DNA of 64,000 nucleotides from Isurus oxyrinchus (Eukaryota). The stretch spans positions 159,340,001-159,404,000 of the forward strand of contig JANJGN010000005.1 of assembly GCA_026770705.1 (NCBI GenBank), in the 5' to 3' direction. Of the stretch, positions 39,413 through 49,713 are shown in pieces (the first letter of the stretch is position 1; each line of letters starts with the position of its first letter). Position numbers and translations under genes: made by a program. The notes beneath the pieces were generated by a model. It did no database searches, was not told the DNA's origin, and was given only the letters and a program-made list of their open reading frames with translations.

Positions 39413-40805
39413 TGCGGGAATAGCTGCTTGTGTGGCCTCCTCTGCTCCTGCGGCCCCATCACCATTTTGCCTCCTGACCAGGGCCCTCAGGGTAAAGAGC
39501 ATCCCGCGACGACTATAAAAACAAGCATAAAGGTTTTGGCCAGAGTTGTCGGCCCCTCTGCCATCGTTGCAGCCTCGCACATGTATGGGAAGGTGGTGTT
39601 CTTCCTGAGGTCCGAGTGGGTCGTGCACCTGGCTCTTGCCAAGGAGCTCATCGTAGGCAGGACCTATTTGGCATTGGATCCTCTTGAGGCCACCGCAGAG
39701 GGGCTTATTTTATCCAATGTCCCGCCCTTCGTTCCCGATGAGCTCCTCCTCCACCACTTTCACCAACAGGAGGCGGTCAGGTCTAGGGTGGTGCCGATCC
39801 TGCTTGGCCCCAGGGAGCCCAGTCTCCACCACGTATATTCCTTCCGCCAGGCCCGGGAGGAGTGCACAGAGGAGCAGTTTGTTGTAACCTTTGAGGGGGC
39901 TGCCTACCACATCTTTTGGTGAGCAGACAGTGTGCGGTGCCATGCCTGTAAGGAGGTTGGGCATGTGCAGAAGAACTACCCTGCCTCAAAGGCCGCCAGC
40001 ACCACCCAGACAGCGACGGCTGGCACCGCCACACCTACCCCCCTCCACCACTCCATTTGCTTCCCCCCAGGGATCAGAGTTGCTGGCAGTGGAAGTCACC
40101 CTGTCCACCAGTGAGGCGGGGAAGGAGCATCCCGCAAGAAGAAGCTGCAGCAGAAGGCTAAGCATGCCGAGGCGGTTCCCAGCCCCAACTGCAAACCACA
40201 ACCCAATCCAAGACACCTTCTGCCATCAGCTCGGGGAGTGTTGACAGTTCCAGGCTCGGCATCGATCTTGCATGCGATCACAGGTCCGTAGGCACCTCAG
40301 CATAGAGTGTAGTGCCCGTCAGCCCCCGGGTCCGGTGACAGAGGTGCATGCATCCTTGAGCCAGTGATGGTGCTACAGTGGGTCAGAGCACCCAGGTCCC
40401 AGAGGGTGGGGAGCCAGGAGGAGGAAAGCGAGGAGAGGTGGGGCCTCCGACATAAAGGTATCCCCCACCCGACCCTCACCCGGAAGGGGCGCCAACCCTC
40501 GTGTCATGTGCAAGGTCAAGCATGCTAATCCCTCCCCCAGTAAAGAGGCAGCAGTGCCCTCACCCTCCCAACCCTGTGATCCTTCGCCCCACATTCTGGG
40601 AGACCAGGATGACACTGACTAGCTGCCACAGTGCCCTGAGCTGGGCACCTAGCAGGGTGGTTAGGGTGCAGCTATTCTGGCGGCACACTGCACGGAGCCA
40701 CCCCGTAACCCTGAGGCGCCTGCTGACTCATCGGGGGACTGCAATAGTGCCAGTGACGCTGGTTCATTGGGTGGTGGCGGCGAGGAAAGTCTCTCTTTCC
40801 CAACC

Positions 40806-40875
40806 TTTGGCATTGGATCCTCTTGAGGCCACCGCAGAGGGGCTTATTTTATCCAATGTCCCGCCCTTCGTTCCC
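40806..40875 (+). repeat. exact 70-bp duplicate of 39667-39736
   Basis: tttggcattggatcctcttgaggccacc...cccttcgttccc occurs twice; peptide LALDPLEATAEGLILSNVPPFVP appears in two ORFs. Confidence 0.9.
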
Positions 40876-43800
40876 TTTGGTGCCAGGTGCCTCTGTCCTG
40901 GTCCAGAGTTTTTTCTAGACAAACTGGGTGATCCAGTACCTGAGAGGAAGTGGGGCTCTGAGCTGCTGCTACTCCTTGGCCCATACTCTCAAGAGGAGAC
41001 CAGAGAGGACACCTCTGCCCTTGATCCTGGGGGTGGGAATGAGATGTGGGGCTGATTGGCGGCTCCAGTCCTTTACTTTTCTAAGGCGTTCATGTCCTGC
41101 ATTCTATCGACGTCTGTGCAGCAGGTGCTGTGCACAGACCACCATCTAGTGTGGGTGGAACTCATCACGTACTGTGCTCAGATGGGGTCCGCGTACTGGC
41201 ACTTTAACAACCTGCTTCTGGAGGACGAGTGGTTCCTGGACTCGGTCCGTCATTTCTGGGCCGGCTGGAGAAGGAAGCAGGGATGCTTTTGTCCCTGAGG
41301 CTATGGTGGGATGTGGGCAAGGTTCACGTCTGTGTCTTCTGTCAGGAGTACGTGATGGGGTCAACAAAGAGTTGGAAATCCAGGCTCAACAAGTTGGAGA
41401 AGGAGGTGCTTGACCTGGAGGCACATCTCCATCAGCCCGATGCGAACCTGGCCCTGCAGCTGATATATGAAGAGAAGGGCGTGCTGTGGTACCTGCAACT
41501 CGTTGGGTGCCACAGTGCGTACGTGAGGTCATGGATCCAGTTCCTCAAGGACCTGGACCACTGCTCCCCTTTCTACTCACTGGAAAAAAGGCACGGGGTC
41601 CATCAGTAACTCCTGATCGATGACAGATCCCTTACCTCAGATCCTGAGGGCATCAGGGTTCTTGCCCGAGACTATTACATTGCCCTGTTCTCTCCGGATC
41701 CATCCAGTGAGGATGCTTGCAGAGTTTTGTGGGAGGACCTGCCACAGGTTGGCCCAGAGGGTGCAGGAAAGTTTGACTCCCCTATAAGTCTGGGGGAACT
41801 GACCGGTGCCCTCGACAGCCTCTCCAGGGGCAAATCCCCAGGGCAGGGCGGGCTGACTGTGGAGTTCTTCAGGGCGTTCTGGGACGTCCTGCGGAGTGAC
41901 TATGTGGGGGTCCTAGTAGAGAGTATCCTGACCGCAGAGATGCCTCTCTCATGGTGCAGGGCTGTGATTGCCCTGCTGCCTGAGAGGGGGGATCTCTGCC
42001 ATCTTAAGTACTGGCGCTCGGTCTCCCGCCTGGTCTCCCTCCTCAGCACGGATTACAAGATCTTTGCCAGGGCAATATCTTCTCACCTTGGCACCATGCT
42101 GGAACATATGATTCACTCTGACCAGTCCCACACTGTCCCAGGCTGGACCATCTTTGATAACATCCATCTGGCCCGCGACATTATCCACTTTTCCCAGAGG
42201 ACTGGGCTGTCAAGTGCCTTCCTGTCTCTTGACCAGGAGGCGTTTGACAGGGTGGAGCACAAATATTTATTCAGAACTCGGCGAGCATTCATGTTTGGGG
42301 TGCATTTCGTCACCTGGATCTGACTTCTGTACACTGCCGCAGTGTCTAGTTAAGGTTAACGGGTCCTTGATGGCACCCCTTCGCTTTGGGAGAGTTGTAT
42401 TCTTTCTGCGTGGAGCCTTTCCTGCACCTTTTGCGGAGGAGCTTGTTGGGACTGGTTCTGCATGGGCCAGGCATCGGGGTGATCCTCTTGGCTTACACTG
42501 ATGATGTACTCCTCATGTTCACCGACCCAACTGACCTGCGGAGGGTGTATGAGTGCCAGGAGGTCTATTCTGCCGCATCCTCTGCCAGGATCAACTGGGA
42601 TAAGTGTTCTGGGCTCTTGGTCGGTCAATGGCAGGTTGATCCCCTACCTGAGGAGCTCAGGCCTTTCACTTGGAGCAGGACCAGTCTCCTCTGCCTATGG
42701 TTCCACCTGCTGAGGATTCCTGGCCAGCGAACTGGCAGTAGCTGGAGGCCATAGTCACCATTCACCTGCGGCGCTGGACAGGACTGCTCCGAGTGCTGTC
42801 TTACCGGGGTCGAGTTCTGGTCATAAACCAGCTGATTGCTGCCATGTTGTGGTACCAGCTGGTCACTTTGATCCCTTCCCCGGAGTTTATCACAAAATCC
42901 AGAGAATGGTCATCAATTTTTTCTGAGACAAAAGGCTACACTGGGTTGCTGAATGTCCTTCTTAGGGAGGGCGGTCAGGCGCTGGTGTGCCTATGCACCC
43001 AGGTGGCAACTTTCCACTTTCAGGCCCTGCAGCGATACCTTTATGTAGAGCCTCCTCTGAGATGGTGTATTTTTCCGCCAGGTGCACGGCCTGAATTATG
43101 ACGTGCAGTTCCTGTTTCTAGACCTGAGGGGCCTTTGCGGCTTCTTGCAGGCGTTGCCCATCTTTTACCAGGACCTGATAAAAAGTCTGGAACATGGTCA
43201 CCTTGCAACACAGATCTCTGCCGTCAGGAGTAGCGGTTATCGTCAAAGAGCTGCTACTCAACAATCTGCATCTCTGCCACTTTCGGTGGCTGGTAGAGAG
43301 GAGGGCTGTGAATGCTAGGGTGACCAGGATCAGGGATGTGCTGGGTGGGAGAGGAGTGGGCTGGATGATTCCGCAAGAGTTGGCATATTGTGCATCAGCG
43401 GATGTCCAGCTCACATTCAATGCCATCCATGAGCTTAGGACAGTTGTGCTCGGCCCAGACGTCATACTGGATCTCAAGGATGCGCAGGCGTGCGGTGGTC
43501 TTCTCACCGAGTGTAACCCTGTTCGGTTGGAATTCCACATTGGTTCCAAGCCCTGAACCCTCCCTCGGGAGCTGCAGACCCGCAACCTGAGTCACCTCGT
43601 GGAAATGCCCTCTGTGCTGTTTAAGTATGACTGTATGGGCTGCTGCTGCACACCCTTCACTTCCTTGTCCTCGCCTGCTGCCTGGGCATGCCCTGGTGTA
43701 CCTTGTTGCCATCTGGCAGCGGAAGTCCCAAGTGGAGGGCTCTCTATACGGGAGTCCTCCCCCTTTCCATCGGGTACTTGGGGTGGAGGGTGTTGCACGC

Positions 43801-44371
43801 AGCAGTCTTGTACAACCATCGGTTGTGTCGGTTCACAGACTCCCAAAAGGCCTGCGTTTCTTGTAGCCTTGTGCATCCATGCACCATGAATTTGTAAATC
43901 ATCGTAGGCTGCACCTCCTTTTTCAGCTATTTTAAGAACTTTTTACTGTTGTTTTATTAGCGTTGGACACCTACGGGCACTTGGTGCTGTTGGGGAGGGA
44001 GATGCGGGGATGGAGAAGGACCTCCTCGTGAACCTGCTCCTGGGTCTGGCCAAGTTGGCCATTAACAGGTCCAGGCAGCAGGCGATCGAGGGGGTCATCG
44101 GACCTGACTTGCCCCTCTTCCATGGCTAGGCTTGCGGTCAGGTGTCCCTGGAGAGGGAACACGTGTTGTCCGTTGGCACCATCGAGCCCTTCCATGCTTA
44201 GTGGGCACCGTGGGGATTGGGGTGTTTTACTGACCCCTTTAATCATATTTTGATTTTTTTTGTAAGTTTCCTTTAGATATTGTTTTTTGTTTTTGCAGTT
44301 TCCCTTTAAGGGGCTGAGTTTTAATTTGTCCCTTGATTTGTTAATTTGGTTTATTTCTTTTGTAACTTGAG

Positions 44372-46019
44372 TTACATCTTCTTAACTTTCCTAAACCTGC
44401 CACTACGTCTTGGTGCACCCCGGCCATCCACAGGCAGGGCAGCCTGCTGACTGTTATGCCCTGTCTGTGATAACCTTGGCGAGCATCCTCATGAGGCCCA
44501 AGACCTGGAGGACCCCAGCCTGCTTTTGGGGTCCTGCTGTGTGGCAGTGTCAACCTCCTTGGCCTGTGGAGCTGGCGCTGCTGAGGTCACAGGAAGAGGG
44601 GATTCGGATGAGCCGGACACTCTGGGAGTCACCTGAATGGATGGCCCCAGGGGTGTACAGCCGCTGATCGTCCTCTCTATGGGTATCCAAGCGCCCCTGA
44701 CTGACTCCTTGAGGAGATGGGGTAGCTGGAGTGAGATCAAGGTGCCCTGCACCTCTCTCACATACATACTATTGGAGGTCAACTATGGCATCAGCGATGG
44801 AGTTCAGCCCGCGCAGCGATGCGGTAGTGATGTCCTGGACCCAGGTCTCCATGGCAGCCGCCATCCTACCAGTGTTGACTTCAGTGCCTTGGCATGCCGG
44901 TGTTATGACTTCAGCCTGAAGACGGACGGACTCCTCCGTTGTGCCTTGCAATCTGAAGAGTGCAGAGAACATCCCTCTCTGATGTTCCCTAGCTTGCCTT
45001 TGCAGCTCCAGCAACTGTGACATGGCCGAGTCCAGAGGCTCATCATCTGACTTGGACTCAATAGATTTCTGGCCACCAGCAGTCTGCCGAGTGCTGACAC
45101 CTGGGAAGTCCCTGCCGCTGCCTGCTGTAGATCAGAAGGTGCGATGTGCTCACCAGATTGTGATCCCGAGGCTACTCTAAAGCTAGGTCTCAACAAGGCG
45201 TGTGTGTCTGCAATGGTGGAAGGTGGGGGTGAGCGCTGTGATGGGACTTCAAGGACAATGCCTTTAGATTCCTCTTCAAAAATTTCTTCGGGGCTTCATT
45301 GGGGGGTCTGGGTCATGGACTCCGTCAGCTGTTTCCCAGATGTGCCTGTGGAAGCAAAGGGAGATAATTAGTGCTTGGCAGTGGATGTGAATCAGGACAC
45401 CTCACTCACAGCATGGTTGTCTGATAGATGTTGCACTGCTGGATCCTCACTTGGTAGAGCACAGGAATGGTCCAGATCGTTGTTGGCCAGCTGGATAGCT
45501 CTGTTTTCAAAATCTGTGATTTCAGGCATTCCTCCACCGGTCTGCGACCTCTCCCTCTTGTGTGCCAGCTTGTCCTGCATGAATAGAGATGGAGCGAGTG
45601 TAAGCAGGATGCCTGACAGACCAGGTGAAAAGTATGCCTGGCCTGTGTGGGTGCTGAGTGGTCCCATGGATGGGATGCGGACAATGAAGGTGAGTATGAG
45701 AGAGTGAATAGTGATGCCCCTTGAACTGACAGTGAGGGAGGGCCCTGTGGATGTGTGATGAGTTTGTGAGTTGAGAGTGATGAGAAGACTTACCCTGGTG
45801 GAACCAAGGAGATTCATTCTCTTGGGTGGCTGTCCTCTTTTCAAGGGCCTTGGCGCTGACCACCACTGCCTCCCAAGCCGGATTAGTGAGGTTGCTGGCC
45901 ATCCTGCAGCCAGAGCAGGGGTAGTGAACATCACGTCGGGCCTGCACTGCGTCCAAAAGGCACTCAAGGGGCGCGTCATTGAACCTGGGTGCTGCAGTCC
46001 TTTTGCCTTTCAGGGCCAT
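44372..46019 (-). pseudogene. Harbinger Myb/SANT-like DNA-binding gene, 3 exons (46019-45794, 45574-45410, 45345-44372), decayed
   Basis: MALKGKRTAAPRFNDAPLECLLDAVQARRDV...AWEAV; donors GTAAGT and GTGAGT, CAG acceptors; ends PRRSGRFRKVKKM* with TAA at 44374-44372. Confidence 0.8.
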
Positions 46020-46919
46020 GTCTTCTTTGTAGCATTGGTGGGCTGGAAGCACTGAGATGTGTGCATGCGGCGGACTTTAAATATGGTGCCCGGCATGCTG
46101 AAGTGGTGAGGTCATGGCATGGGTGAATGAGAGCCTGTCCACCATGGAAGTGGTGCATTTCCTGGGAATGCATAATTAATACTGCGCGATTGGGGACGAT
46201 ATGGTGTGAAAAGCCGCCATTGGGGCCAGCGGATAAAATGTCATTTTACCTGCCTGCTACTGCACTTTGGGTGGAATCGTCCCAGATTCGCACAATGTCT
46301 CTTTTCCACAAACTCTCATCCATGAATAAAATAACATGTGCAACTCAATTCATTTATAGCATGTTTAAATTCTAATGTTGGAAGTTTTAACTATTACAAT
46401 AAGTGATTTCAAAAATGTGACTTTTGTATAAATGCAAATTAAGGAGTTTATGGATGTCAGATTAACCCTTGACCTTCTGAAAATCTTTTTTTCAATAAAC
46501 AAAAAATCATTTGTAGCATATTAAGTGTTTAAAGAGATATGACTTCAATGGGGAATTTTCAGCTGACTTGATTCTTGCTCAAGCTGGTTTAATATCTACT
46601 GACTTCAATTATAATTTTAGACAACCAGATGCAGTGCTGACTTGTATCAGGCAAAGATTAGAAATAATACATTCGTAACATCAAATAAGATTTTTAACTG
46701 CTGTGATGTTATTCTGATTCCTAACCTAGTAAGAACACATAGAAGGTGAGAATGGGAAAAGATCATGAATGTTCCAGTGATTTGTGTTCATGTGCAATGC
46801 CCTATCTTTAGTTTCTGTTTTCAGTTTCCCCCTGCTTTAACAGTGTGTTTCCTTAACTCCAAAAGCAGGAAGCTGTCCATCTTTCATTGAAATTATTTAG
46901 CTAAATCAGTGTGCTTTAC

Positions 46920-47043
46920 TTTTCAATAAACCAATTTAACTAAATTAGGAAAAACGAGAGACAAAACAAGGGACACTGCAAACTAAAAGGAAACTTAGAA
47001 ACGTTAAACCAAAATATGTTCAAGGGGTCTATAAAGCACCCCT
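46920..47043 (-). mobile_element. short Tx1 3'-end fragment
   Basis: Reverse complement ggggtgctttatagaccccttgaacatattttggtttaa...aagtttcc...tttgcag matches the ORF2 end and 3' UTR of copies 1-3. Confidence 0.7.
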
Positions 47044-47118
47044 AAATTAGTGCGCTGTGGAGCACTCTTCCATAAATTAACCATTCTTTAACAACCAAGT
47101 GATTAATCTTTAAGTTAT

Positions 47119-47157
47119 AGTTGACGTTTCAAGTAACTATGACCCTTCATCAGAACT
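47119..47157 (-). ncRNA. minimal hammerhead ribozyme motif (canonical core, eroded stem II)
   Basis: Reverse complement agtt CTGATGA a gggtc atagt tactt GAAAC GTC aact. Confidence 0.65.
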
Positions 47158-49132
47158 AAGACATATAGAAATGAGATGAAATATAAGCTGGTAGAAGGGG
47201 ATGGGACAGGAGAGCTCGTTAGGGGGCCAGTGATAGGTGGAGGCCAAGAAGAGACTGCCAAAGATGTCATAGACAAAAGGACAAAGGGGTCTTGATGGTG
47301 GTCTAAAGGATGTGCTAATGGGGACATTAAGGGAAGCAAGCTAGTGGTAGATAGCCCTAGTGTGGGTGGGGTGGGGGGAAGGGATCAAAATGGGCTAAAA
47401 GGTGGAATTGAAACAATAGATCGAAATAAATTTAAAAATAGGAGGTAAAAGAAAAAATATAGTGTAAAAAAATGATAAATTATTGGAAAAAGGGGGATCA
47501 GAAAGGGGGTGGGAATGGAGGAGAGAGTTCATGATCTGAAATTGTTGAACTCAATATTGAGTCCAGAAGGCTGCAAAGTGCCTAGTCGGAAGATGAGGTG
47601 CTGTTCCTCCAGTTTGCGTTGATCTTCACTGGAACATTGCAGCTGGCCAAGGACAGACGTGGGCATGAGAGCAGGGTGGCGTGTTGAAATGGCAAGCGAC
47701 AGGGAGGTCTGGGTCATGCTTGCGGACAGACCGAAGGTGTTCTGCAAAGTAGTCACCCAGTCTGCGTTTGGTCTCTCCAATGTAGAGGAAACTGCATTGG
47801 GAGCAGCAAATGCAGTAGACTAAATTGAGGGAAGTGCAAGTGAAGTACTGCTTCACTTGAAAGGAGTGTTTGGGCCCTTGGATGGTGAGGAGGGAGGAAG
47901 TAAAGGGGCAGGTGTTGCAACTTCTGTGGTTGCATGGGAAAGTGCTGTGGGCGGGGGTTGAGGTGTAGGGGGTGATGGAGGAGTGGGCCAGGGTGTACCG
48001 GAGGGAATGATCCCTGGGGAAAGTCACCAGGGGGAGTGAAGGGAAGATGTGTTTGGTAGTGGCATCATGCTGGAGTTGGCGGAAATGGTGGAGGCTGCTG
48101 GGATGATGAGTGAGGACAAGGGGGACCCTATCATGGTTCTGGGAGGGAGAGGAAGGTGTGAGGGTGGATGTGCGGGAGATGGGCCAGACATGATTGAGGG
48201 GCCCTGTCAACCACCGTGGGTGGAAAATCTCGGTTAAGGAAGAAGGAAGACATGTCAGAGGAACTGTTTTGGAAAGTGGCATCATCAGAACAGATGCAAC
48301 GGAAGCGAAGAAACTGAGAGAATGGGATGGAGTCCTTACAGCAAGTGGGGTGTGAGGAGCTGTAGTTGAGGTAGGCTTGTAATGAATATTGGTGGACAGT
48401 CTTATTACCAGAAATTGAGACTGAGAGGTCAAGGAAGAGAAGGGAAGTGTCAGTGATGGACCACGTGAAAATGATGGAGGTGGAAATTGGAAGCAAAATT
48501 AATAAATTTTTCCAGATCCAGACAAGAGCATGAAGTGGCACCGAAGCAGTCATCGATGTACCGGAGAAAGAGTTGTGGGAGGGGCCTGAGTAGGAGTGGA
48601 GCAAGGAATGTTCCATATACCCCATAAAGAGACAGGCATAACTGGGGCCCATGCCCCTTTTTCCAATAATTTATAATTTCTTTTACACTATATTTTTTTC
48701 TTTTCCCTCCTATTTTAAAATTTATTTTGATCTATTGTTTCATCTCCACCTTTTAGCCCATTTCGATCCCTTCCCCCAACCCTACCCGCACTAGTGCCAT
48801 CTGCCACTAGCTTGCTTCTCTTAATGTCACCATTAGCACATCCTTTAGATAATATCACCACCGTCAACACCCCTTTGTCCTTTTGTCTATGACATCTTTA
48901 GAAGTCTCTTCTTGGCCTCTACCTATTACTGGCCCCCTATCGAGCTCTGCTGTCCCACCCCCTCTACCAGCTTATACTTCATCTCATTTCTATATGTCTT
49001 AGTTCTGATGAAGGGTCATACGGACTCGAAACGTCAACTGTATCCCTCTCCACAGATGCTGTCAGACCTGCTGAGTTTTTCCAGGTATTTGTGTTTTTGT
49101 TCTAGATTTCCAGCATCCGCAGTATTTTGCTT
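47120..49132. mobile_element. Penelope-like element B, inverted fold-back (long - arm 47120-48653, short + arm 48654-49132)
   Basis: 17-bp TSD ttaatctttaagttata at 47103-47119 and 49133-49149; RT and GIY-YIG remnants MGPSYACLFMG, FLYIGETKRRL, GLNIEFNNFRS. Confidence 0.92.
49001..49039 (+). ncRNA. minimal type I hammerhead ribozyme motif, best-preserved copy
   Basis: agtt CTGATGA a gggtc atacg gactc GAAAC GTC aact: stem I agtt/aact, 5-bp stem II, GUC triplet, no stem III loop. Confidence 0.8.
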
Positions 49133-49713
49133 TTAATCTTTAAGTTATATATACCTTCAGATCTCCTTAGTTTAGAATCAAGTTCCTTTTGGTTTCTGAT
49201 CATGCTGTTAGCTTGTGAGCATCCTAATTCATTTAATAATTTAAAAAGATTTCTCTCTCAAAAACAATAAGTAAAGGATTATCTCCCCTGTTCTGACTGA
49301 AGAACCAGTAACTTCCTACCTGCTTTTCTTATGAGCCCTTTCCAACAACTGTGTTTCTAAACATTTGTAAAAAAAAAAGGTGTTGAAGATTGGACTGAGC
49401 ATTTATTTTTCAGTGATGCTAACTTCTTGTGTATCTGTTTAAACATCTTAACCTTGATTTATTGCCACAAAGATGATAATTGCACAATTTAGATACAAGT
49501 AGCATTCTTCAGTTGGGTGGTGAATTGAAGTAAATTACAATTATAGCACACATCGTTCAGTGCCATGATTTTCACACAATGGGCCAGATCTTCCATTTAA
49601 AAATAGCGGGGAACTTTGCAACAGCCGCCATTGTTGTGCACTGGCGGCCAGAGGAAGTCCCACTGTTCGCACACATGGTACTAGCGTGTGAACCTTAAAG
49701 TTCCTTTGGGCAG

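Larger units (their letters stand above)
38273..44370 (+). mobile_element. Tx1-clade LINE copy 3: ORF1 from ~39076, deletion at ~41055 removing the ORF1 end and most of the endonuclease, ORF2 remnant to ~44253
   Basis: Zinc knuckle RCHACKEVGHVQKNYP; TDHH, YWHFNNLLL, LSTDYKIFA, YTDDV; same 3' UTR as copies 1 and 2. Confidence 0.9.
23750..46293. mobile_element. Harbinger/PIF DNA transposon, split into ~23750-26015 and 44371-46293 by an inserted block (26016-44370)
   Basis: Convergent DDE transposase (+) and Myb/SANT-like gene (-), the usual Harbinger layout; left terminus not found. Confidence 0.85.

Noticed and set aside
26191-44370. Tx1 array as a segmental duplication or assembly artefact
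   Set aside because: The copies differ substantially and have distinct 5' UTRs and deletions
26300-46400. Many overlapping 60-200 aa ORFs on both strands as novel genes
   Set aside because: Alternative frames of GC-rich decayed Tx1 and Harbinger sequence
46920-47043. Tx1 3' fragment as further support for target specificity
   Set aside because: Its downstream flank (aaaagtaaagcacactg) does not match the junction motif, so it is mild counter-evidence or a different family
49580-49713. GC-richer flank of the Gmr1 element as another DNA transposon
   Set aside because: No matching TIR or TSD could be identified
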